Assembly (NCBI GenBank): GCA_003345595.1
Contig: PRDI01000077.1
Span: forward strand, 1 to 35,546
Source of the DNA: Candidatus Thorarchaeota archaeon
Lineage (GTDB): Archaea; Asgardarchaeota; Thorarchaeia; Thorarchaeales; Thorarchaeaceae
Direction: 5' to 3'
Length of the DNA stretch: 35,546 nucleotides
Shown here piece by piece: positions 1 to 7,398 of this stretch. Numbering within the stretch: the first letter of the stretch is position 1; each line of letters opens with the position of its first letter. The translations under genes and the position numbers were made by a program. The notes below the pieces were generated by a model, which saw only the letters and a program-made list of their open reading frames with translations, ran no database searches and was not told the origin of the DNA.

Positions 1-1378
1 TCTTCCTGATTCTGCGCAGCAGTTCTACAAATCCTGGATCGGCTTTCTCTTGGACCTTCTTCGCGGCCCATACAGGTGTCTTGTACGGAATTGCTTTCAA
101 GCCCAGAGCAATATCGAGCAGCTCTTCATTGCAGCGTCGTATCTGCTCCACGGTTGCCTTGTCCTTCGGGAATCGAATGATGAACTTGAACTCACCAAAG
201 TGCATACTGTTCATTGGCTTGAGGTAGGCCATCAGTTCGAACCCATACTTCTCAACAACGCGCCTTCCCTGGGACAGCGCCTCTGCCCAACGCTTAGGAT
301 GAATGTACGTGCCGACCCATGTCAATCCATCATACTCCGTCAGAACCTTGTAGGCATCAGACGGAAAGTCCACCCATGATTCTGCCTGATCCCCCATCAT
401 CTTGGATACCGCGTCCCAGTCAACCAAGATCTGACGCTTGTCAGCTTTTCTTGAGTCCTCCACATACTTCTCGACCAGCTCGTACTTGGAATCAACTTCT
501 TTCTCGGTGTTGCCGGAAAGGGTGAGCAGGGTCCCATAGTCTGGTTCTCCCTCGAACACTTCCACTGGGGCAGACACACCCAGAAGCATCTTGACAATGG
601 ACAAAGACATGCAGTCTGCATCGTCGACAACTTGCGCTCTTGCTATCCGCTTGAGCAAGTCGGTTGTGGCCACCTCTCCAAAAGTGAAGAGCGCTGCATG
701 TTTTGTGAATTGTTTCTTGGGCCAGAGCTGAAGCGCAATCTTCGTTACAATACCGGTCATCCCCTGCCAGCCGCTGAAGAGGCCTACAAGGTCTGGAAGC
801 GGATACCTGCCAAACCAGTTGCCATCGCCCATGATTCCTGAGCCGGCTCGCACGATTTCTCCGGTGGGAAGGACTACCTCAAGCCCATTGATGAAATCCC
901 CCATGGCACCTCTGACCGTTGACAAATCACACAGTCCCTGCAAAAGAGCGTTTGCCATCACTGAAGTGAAAGGTGGAGCCAAGGGGTATGTGTACCTCAG
1001 CGATGGGTTGTGCTCGTCGAGATACTTTCGAAGATGGCCGAAGGTGACGCCTGGTTCGAGGACAGCGTACATGGCCTCGTCGTCGACCTCGATAATCCTG
1101 TTCATGCGCTTGAGGTCTACAGTGACAGCGCCATCAACCTGCGGTATCGTCAGGCCACCTACGTTCTGTCCAGTAACGAATGGAACAAGTGGGACTCGCT
1201 CCTTGTTCGCAGTCCGGACGATTTGCTGGACCTGTTCAACCGATTCAGGCATCACAACTAGCGCAGGCCGCCGCGGCGGGTTCTCAGTCATGTCGAACGA
1301 ATAGACATACTGTTCAGCAAGCCCGTCAGACACATATGGCTCACCAACAATCGAAGCGAGTTTCTGCTTGAGGGTCAT
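1..1378 (-). CDS. FAD-binding oxidoreductase, VAO/PCMH (GlcD/D-lactate dehydrogenase-like) family; 3' end runs off the window
   Basis: Absent from the ORF track because no stop falls in the window. Translated by hand from ATG 1378: MTLKQKLASIVGEPYVSD...RPALVVMPESVEQVQQIVRTANKERVPLVPFVTGQNVGG...VDLKRMNRIIEVDDEAMYAVLEPGVTFGHL...GLEVVLPTGEIV...GMTGIVTK...DPGFVELLRRIRK; typical FAD_binding_4 motifs. Confidence 0.9.
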   Translation of the reverse strand, partial: MTLKQKLASIVGEPYVSDGLAEQYVYSFDMTENPPRRPALVVMPESVEQVQQIVRTANKERVPLVPFVTGQNVGGLTIPQVDGAVTVDLKRMNRIIEVDDEAMYAVLEPGVTFGHLRKYLDEHNPSLRYTYPLAPPFTSVMANALLQGLCDLSTVRGAMGDFINGLEVVLPTGEIVRAGSGIMGDGNWFGRYPLPDLVGLFSGWQGMTGIVTKIALQLWPKKQFTKHAALFTFGEVATTDLLKRIARAQVVDDADCMSLSIVKMLLGVSAPVEVFEGEPDYGTLLTLSGNTEKEVDSKYELVEKYVEDSRKADKRQILVDWDAVSKMMGDQAESWVDFPSDAYKVLTEYDGLTWVGTYIHPKRWAEALSQGRRVVEKYGFELMAYLKPMNSMHFGEFKFIIRFPKDKATVEQIRRCNEELLDIALGLKAIPYKTPVWAAKKVQEKADPGFVELLRRIRK

Positions 1379-1383
1379 TCGTG

Positions 1384-1743
1384 TCACCCTCCTATCGAAG
1401 AGGAGATCAGTCTGTAGAACTGCAGAGTGGCCCGAGGGTGTCTTAGAAGGCCCTTGACCTTGAGACCGCCGGTCAACAGTGCTCGAATCGGTGAGGTAGC
1501 TCCCTTCACCAGTCTGATGATCGTATCGAGGCTAGCTCTTACCCGAATCGTTGGTTGAGGGTTGTCACCGTGTTCCACTTTGACTCCTTTGTCAAACGTG
1601 ATGGTCACAGGATAGTAGTCGGTTTCAAGCACGACCACCATTCTCCATCTCATGACTTGCACTCTGAAATCGGGTTTCCTTAGTGGTTTGGATATCAGAA
1701 CTGCCAGTATGTTGCCGATGAAATCCCTCGGTTGCTCAAGCAT
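1384..1743 (-). CDS. SCP2 sterol/lipid-binding domain protein
   Basis: ATG 1743 preceded by GAGGGTGA; C-terminal PTIRVRASLDTIIRLVKGATSPIRALLTGGLKVKG fits the SCP2 pattern; ends 5 nt before the oxidoreductase start. Confidence 0.75.
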   Translation of the reverse strand: MLEQPRDFIGNILAVLISKPLRKPDFRVQVMRWRMVVVLETDYYPVTITFDKGVKVEHGDNPQPTIRVRASLDTIIRLVKGATSPIRALLTGGLKVKGLLRHPRATLQFYRLISSSIGG

Positions 1744-1997
1744 GTGTTCACCCTCGAATACTTGTCTGGTTCTTTCTGATTTCGAGCCTGTCGTACTTCC
1801 ATCTATTGAAGCCGTTGTACGTACGCGCCAACTTCTAAGTGCGCGTTTGACTTGGAAATCAGATCGAAATTCCCTCTGTTCGCTCCCTCTTATCACCTCC
1901 GTCTTCACCAGGATCCTCAGCTCGTTGGATTGAATCCTATCATTGCCTGGAAACTTGGTGGGAGCACGGTCGTTGAAGTAATTCCGAAGGCTTAGAT

Positions 1998-2120
1998 TCA
2001 TCCGTTTGCCTTTTGCGCCAGTTCCTTTGTCCAGTTTCTGATCTATTCCCAGTCACGAGTATCAAATACACCAGGCTCCATCTCTGGAACTTCGGCAACC
2101 CTACAGTAGTTTGGCATTTT
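1998..2120 (-). pseudogene. Remnant of the C-terminus of a flavodoxin-domain (HemG/Flavodoxin_5-like) protein
   Basis: Reads ...EPGVFDTRDWE*IRNWTKELAQKANG* with an in-frame TAG; D-x-RDW-xx-I-xx-W is the usual family C-terminus; no N-terminal FMN-binding motif recognisable upstream. Confidence 0.5.
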
Positions 2121-2422
2121 ACATGAGAACACCTCCTTCCATCTCTCCACCAAACTATTCACAGTGTATCCAGCAGCATCAGCGGCCGTTCCATCCTGGG
2201 TCTTCGCCTGTACGTCCAGCTCTCGTCGCTGTAACAATAGTCATGACTCAGATTTGGGCACCCGCTCCCTCTCTCGATTTGTGGAATGCAAATCTACCGG
2301 GCTATAGAATAGCCTTGAATACTATCATGAGGGCAGTGTGTTTTGGATTGAAGAGTTGCTCTTCAATCAAAGCGGTGTTGAGGAGGTCGTTCACTGAAGG
2401 ACCTCTTTGTGGAGTGGAGAAT

Positions 2423-2716
2423 ATGATAAGTATCCAACTAAAGAGGACTCTTTGTCTTGGATTTGTTTTTGTTTTTGGACTTGTAGCACTTGCAGTGGCT
2501 GGTGGATTTGCTAGCCAAGCAATATACTGCTGGGCAACGGGCAATTTTGATTTGCTCGTAGCAACACTTGCAGGTTTCGGATTGGGTTTCCTTGTCGCTG
2601 GGGCTGAGGCAGCTTTCGGTGCTGGTGTAACGATAGGGGCCGCATTGGCTGGAATGGCAGCTGCTATAGGCCCATTAGGTTGGGCTCTTATAGGTGCGAT
2701 CATCGCAGGTGTGTAG
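2423..2716 (+). CDS. Gly/Ala-rich hydrophobic 97-aa peptide, putative circular bacteriocin (archaeocin) precursor
   Basis: ATG 2423 after GGAGTGGAGA; leader with KR, a hydrophobic stretch and ...ASQA, then IYCWATGNF...GAGVTIGAALAGMAAAIGPLGWALIGAIIAGV; adjacent to a SpoIIM-like gene. Confidence 0.6.
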   Translation: MISIQLKRTLCLGFVFVFGLVALAVAGGFASQAIYCWATGNFDLLVATLAGFGLGFLVAGAEAAFGAGVTIGAALAGMAAAIGPLGWALIGAIIAGV

Positions 2717-2734
2717 ACTCATGACAGTGGTAGT

Positions 2735-3181
2735 ATGGATGAAGATACTACCACCTCTTTCGTTTATTTCAAAGACATCCCCCTAGCTATCTTGACAGGG
2801 ATTCTCATTGGCCTGGGTCTTGCGGTCTATTATCCATTTCCAGTGACTTTTTCTGCGATTCCAATTGACGCATTAAGTTTCATTGTCATGAAGAATCTGT
2901 TTGTTCTCAGTATTCTATACTTCGCAAGGGCTTCACCGGGAATTCAAGTGTTGATTCTTATGAACAACAGCTTAGTTCAAGCATATCTGATATCATCAGC
3001 AATGATTCTAGGAATACAAATCGAAGCAATAGTATCGCTGCTATTTGCAGCATTGGAAAATGGGCTCTTTGCCGGCATCTCTTTAGAATCGAGGAATAAC
3101 GTCATCACAACCAATTGTCGAAAAGTCCGGTATCCCCTTCTGATAATCGTTTCTTCTATACTAGAAGCTCTCATCCTGTAG
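2735..3181 (+). CDS. SpoIIM/DUF95-like membrane protein
   Basis: 148 aa, 4-5 hydrophobic segments; motifs FIVMKNLFV, ILMNN, FAALE and terminal SSILEALI parallel the SpoIIM IFxNN, LxxNG, HGxLE and AAxIExxI motifs in the same order. Confidence 0.65.
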   Translation: MDEDTTTSFVYFKDIPLAILTGILIGLGLAVYYPFPVTFSAIPIDALSFIVMKNLFVLSILYFARASPGIQVLILMNNSLVQAYLISSAMILGIQIEAIVSLLFAALENGLFAGISLESRNNVITTNCRKVRYPLLIIVSSILEALIL

Positions 3182-3360
3182 AAGCCCTGTTCCGTAACTT
3201 GGATTGGGGCTTGTCAAGCCACTGTGTTTGATGTCGGTCTTCGAGTTCAGGGTGCTCTTGAACAAAACTCTCGGCCTGCATCGTTTCGGATACTGCTGAC
3301 TTTGAGCCAATACCTAGTTTGTCTGCGGTCTTCTGATGTTGATCTTGACGCAACATGGAG
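3171..3360 (-). pseudogene. Fragment resembling a ParB-associated helix-turn-helix region
   Basis: QKTADKLGIGSKSAVSETMQAESFVQEHPEL resembles the HTH that follows ParB-like domains in mobile-element proteins; no intact N-terminus. Confidence 0.35.
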
Positions 3361-3880
3361 ATGGGATTCTGATTGAGACACCACAGGTAATAGGGATAGG
3401 AGGTCAGAGGTACTCTCCAGTAGCGGCACCAAGATACTGAAATACGTGTCAATGGTAAGCAAACCAGTACAGAAACTAGAGAGATGTAGGTGGGAACACT
3501 GTCATTAGACGCCTTGATGCCTCCGGAGAAGAGTCAGGCCATTATCTCTGTTATGCCTTCCGCGGCAGTTGCCTTTTGGATTAGTTCGTATTTCCTAACG
3601 CTTGGCACGTTGACCGAATAGTTGGCACTGACTGGTCTTCTGACATCGTCTTTGCTCTCTTCCTTTCGATAGTCAATGTAGATGTGTGTGTCACAAGAAG
3701 GCTACTCAGAGGAAGAGCAAGAAAAACACTGAGAGGTATGTTGGAAGAGAATGTCACAACTGCGTATGGGTCAGAGTTTGCCAACCTGATCAGAGAACTG
3801 AAGAAGAAGAAAGACTTCAAGAAGATTGATGGTCATTTCTCAATCTATTGAAGTTGCGGGATTGCCGACTCAATAACACG

Positions 3881-3901
3881 GGCGGGTCTTCGCGACCCGC
3901 C
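3881..3901. terminator. GC-rich hairpin downstream of the large GNAT gene
   Basis: GGCGGGTC-TTCGC-GACCCGCC perfect 8-bp inverted repeat about 30 nt beyond the stop at 3931. Confidence 0.45.
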
Positions 3902-3930
3902 TATGGGCAGAAAGGCCTGACTCCGCCTCT

Positions 3931-6900
3931 CTAGAACAGCTCTGTGAGGGTAGCCTGTACCTTCTCCAGGGCCTCGAAGTTCGGAGGATTCACGAACAGG
4001 CACGCCCTGACGACTCTCTCATCGCCCGGCATCAACCAGCACCTGAAGTCCATGCTGATGCATGCGGCCATCTCGTTAGTGCAGACTGCGATTGATCCAG
4101 GATCCAACCCTGCCCAAAGGATCCCTAGTCCTTCATTGCTCTCCTGAGTTCCGCTCCTTCTGAGCCATAGAGAGTTTGTTTCTGGGGTGACAGCGGCAGG
4201 GACTGGCACGTTTCTCAGGTCCACCTCACTACCTCCCCAACGGGTATGCACGATGGAGCCTCCAAAGACACCGTTGAACCCCGGATCCGCAAAAAGGCAT
4301 GGTATGAAAAACAGCGGTGCTTCAGTGGGGTTCTTGATGACCCAGTTGACAAGGACCATGGGACTCTCCGGGGCAGCAAGGTACTGAAGTCTGTATTGCA
4401 CTCCTCGGATTGTCTGCTGGATTTGGCTTGTCCAGCTCACCTCCACCCCCTTCCAGACCCCACCATGCTCGCAGGGCCTAACGTCCATCTTCTCCCTGTT
4501 CGTTTTAACTTGGAAGAAATCCTCCCCCGAGCTGTCATCCCACACTAACGGCTGGACTCCTCCATAGTAATTGTCCATGAACAGCTTGGGTGCGGGCTTC
4601 GGGAATGAAGAACACAGGAGCTCTGTGGAGTGACTGTTCTTGAGAGAAAACAGGCAGCCTCCATAGTCTGCTGAAACAGCGAACTCAGCGACCCCATTGT
4701 TCACGCGGAACACTCTTATGCCCTGCTCCATTCCTTCTGTGACAGTAACCGCGGACCCAGCAGATCCGAGCTGGAGCAACGTGAAATACTCGCGGAACTC
4801 CATGGGCGTGCGTACTCTCACGAGGCCTCTCTCGACTGAGAATCCAACCTTTCTCAGATCTGTGGGCTTCAACGTCAATATGTATTTCTGAAGACCTTGA
4901 ATCACTGTTTCTTTTGACTCATCAGTGCCCTGCTCGGCCGTAAGTGCACTGCCGCCCAAGCGCCTAATATCGGCATCCCACCCCTCTGGCGATTCAACTT
5001 CAACGTTTCCGATTACGGGGGCACTGACGGTGTTTTCGACTGTCAGTTCCGCCTCTGCACTTTGCCTATGAGGGATTATGACGGTCTTCTTGCTGACGGC
5101 AATCATCGGAAGAGTAGGCCGGCGCATACCTGCCTTCTGTATGTTCTCGAATTCGCCTTTGACATTCGCCTTCCAGATTCTCTGGATATCACGCCAGTCG
5201 CTAGCGGCAGCGATGTTCCATACTTCCGAAATGCACTTTGTTTCTTTTCCTTTGAGCCTGAGGGGCTTTGAAACGATGCGTGACAGTTGTCCAGCAGCAA
5301 GATACACAGACTCAAGATTAGTGGCCTTCCATACTTGGCCAGACGCTCCTGACGGGCCACCTGTGGCAACCCACTCCTCCGTAAGAGAGCCAAGCTCACT
5401 AGGTATTGATGGGTAACTCATAAGCAAGTTACCCGTCGGTGCCTCGACTACACCTGCTGGTAGAGGGACGAAGACACGGTCGAAGTTGAGTGGAATGCCA
5501 CCTTCTCTGCCATTGAGTCTGACTTGCATTTCGTGGCTTTCCTGACCTGTGTTTGTGACCCACACTTCGTGCTTGAGCACTGGCGACGAGTTGAGAGCGA
5601 CCCAACGATCCTCTATCACGAGTGGTCTTTCAGGATGGGTGGCAGTGGCTGATACTACTAGGCCTGACTCTGTTTCCCGGACCCTGACATCTCGCTCAGT
5701 GAAGCGGAATGGGCTTAATCCGAAGGGCGGTCCTATCTCTGTTGAAAGGGCCATTTGAGTGATCGAGCTGCCGTAGAGGGTGGACAGTCTGAGTATTGCA
5801 CCTTCGCGCAGGATGCGTGCAGTGTACTGCGGAGCGACCAGCAAGACCTCACGAGTACGGTCGTCTTCTCCAGCAGTGACACGGCCTCCTTGTAAACAGA
5901 AGAGAGATATTCTCGACCTTCCCGTCTTGACCTCTCTCCTCTTGCCAGCCTCATCGAGGTATGAGATAATCATGTATGCCCAGAGATCATGCGTCCCAGC
6001 TGGAAGATCCGGTTGAGTAGTGACAGTGATTACGGCGCCTCCGAGGCCCTCTGGAGCAAGCTCAAACTCGGACTCTGGGGGAGTCATGCTAATGTGCGGT
6101 CCGACCTCCTCGAACATGAGCTTCCCTTTCAGCGTCATCGTAGAGTTGTTGACCAAGGTAATGGGAATGGTTACAGTCCCCGACGGTAGAACACGGCATT
6201 CCTTCCATTTCGTCTGGATATCCACGACTGGTTTTATCCTCAAGCCAGTTCGCAGTATGGACTCCTGTCCATTGAGTCGCAGTTTTGCCACGACTGAAGG
6301 TGTTTTGATGTTTCGGCGATAGAGAGGGGCATCCGGTGAAAGGCTGAAGGGGACTGCCAATGTGAATGACTTCTTGGCCTTGACGCGTGTTCTCGCTTCA
6401 GACACGCCGTCGAAGTGTAGTCCCGGCAAGCCCTCAAGGGCAGCTGCGAAATCCATGTCTCTTGCGGTGCCATTCTCGATTCTGAGTTCGTAGACGGAAG
6501 GGATCCCGCACAGGGTCAAGTGCTGGCTCACCTGTGCCCTCACCACAAGACGCCCGTCATGCATGACTCGTTCAATTCCTGTGATTGACCTTGCGAGGCG
6601 ATCAACCAGAACATGCAAATTGTTCTTGCCGCTCTCAAAGTTGTAGACATAGACGGCCATTCCGTGCTCCGTGGTATCGTCAGGCGCCTGAGCCACGTCC
6701 CTGCGCTGCAGTGTGTACCATGCAGCTGGATCTGGATTTGTCGCGAAGAACGGGGCGCACAGAGGATGCCGTAGTATTCCCGGCACATAGCTCTCCATTT
6801 GCACTCCCTGACCTTCGGGATTCCACATGAGTCCCATCTTCTTGTAGAGCGGGACTGCTCTGAGGTTTCCTGCCCACGTACTGAGATCGACTCTAGCATA

Positions 6901-7251
6901 GCCCTTATGAAGAGCAATCTCGAAGCACTTCATCAGGAGGCGCTTTCCGACCTTCTTGTTGAGCGCATCTGGAGTCACACCAAGCGTTCCGACGTATGCA
7001 GCTTCGGGGTCTCTCCAGTGAGACAGGAGAGTGACAGACCCGATCGGTTTGCTAGTTTGCTTGTCAATCGCGATCAATATGGCAAGCGCTCGCATGGACT
7101 GGTACTGCTTGATTACCCTCTCAGCCGTGAAGGGGACCCCCTGGGTGAATCCATCCGGCCAAAGCGACTCCCAGCTGTTGTACATCTCTGCGAGAGGCTT
7201 TGCAAGTTCGTCGCTATAGTCGCGGATCTCGATCGTCGGTTCGTCTGTCAT
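3931..7251 (-). CDS. Large GNAT N-acetyltransferase-domain protein with long beta-rich C-terminal region
   Basis: N-terminal GNAT (YVGTLGVTPDALNKKVGKRLL...NLRAVPLYKKMG) then about 900 aa with Ig-like segments; ATG 7251 preceded by GGAGTGG (track start 7263). Confidence 0.85.
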   Translation of the reverse strand: MTDEPTIEIRDYSDELAKPLAEMYNSWESLWPDGFTQGVPFTAERVIKQYQSMRALAILIAIDKQTSKPIGSVTLLSHWRDPEAAYVGTLGVTPDALNKKVGKRLLMKCFEIALHKGYARVDLSTWAGNLRAVPLYKKMGLMWNPEGQGVQMESYVPGILRHPLCAPFFATNPDPAAWYTLQRRDVAQAPDDTTEHGMAVYVYNFESGKNNLHVLVDRLARSITGIERVMHDGRLVVRAQVSQHLTLCGIPSVYELRIENGTARDMDFAAALEGLPGLHFDGVSEARTRVKAKKSFTLAVPFSLSPDAPLYRRNIKTPSVVAKLRLNGQESILRTGLRIKPVVDIQTKWKECRVLPSGTVTIPITLVNNSTMTLKGKLMFEEVGPHISMTPPESEFELAPEGLGGAVITVTTQPDLPAGTHDLWAYMIISYLDEAGKRREVKTGRSRISLFCLQGGRVTAGEDDRTREVLLVAPQYTARILREGAILRLSTLYGSSITQMALSTEIGPPFGLSPFRFTERDVRVRETESGLVVSATATHPERPLVIEDRWVALNSSPVLKHEVWVTNTGQESHEMQVRLNGREGGIPLNFDRVFVPLPAGVVEAPTGNLLMSYPSIPSELGSLTEEWVATGGPSGASGQVWKATNLESVYLAAGQLSRIVSKPLRLKGKETKCISEVWNIAAASDWRDIQRIWKANVKGEFENIQKAGMRRPTLPMIAVSKKTVIIPHRQSAEAELTVENTVSAPVIGNVEVESPEGWDADIRRLGGSALTAEQGTDESKETVIQGLQKYILTLKPTDLRKVGFSVERGLVRVRTPMEFREYFTLLQLGSAGSAVTVTEGMEQGIRVFRVNNGVAEFAVSADYGGCLFSLKNSHSTELLCSSFPKPAPKLFMDNYYGGVQPLVWDDSSGEDFFQVKTNREKMDVRPCEHGGVWKGVEVSWTSQIQQTIRGVQYRLQYLAAPESPMVLVNWVIKNPTEAPLFFIPCLFADPGFNGVFGGSIVHTRWGGSEVDLRNVPVPAAVTPETNSLWLRRSGTQESNEGLGILWAGLDPGSIAVCTNEMAACISMDFRCWLMPGDERVVRACLFVNPPNFEALEKVQATLTELF

Positions 7252-7398
7252 AAAACAGTCCACTCCTGACTTGGCCGCGTGAACCTACCCACACATTATC
7301 CTATTGGTCTGGGTACTGCCTGCATGGAAAGCGGTCGCCCGAATATTACATCCAAACAAGAGTTTTCTTACGCGGGGAGTGGTAAGGCAGGTGATTTG

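Noticed and set aside
50-1371. Plus-strand ORFs in the track over 50-1371
   Set aside because: Antisense shadows of the minus-strand FAD oxidoreductase; the same applies to most short ORFs overlapping long genes elsewhere.
1744-2001. N-terminal extension of the 205-aa ORF 1384-2001
   Set aside because: A strong RBS precedes ATG 1743 and the SCP2-like part begins there.
2111-2422. N-terminal half of the 201-aa ORF 2111-2716
   Set aside because: Does not look protein-like; an RBS and leader begin at ATG 2423.
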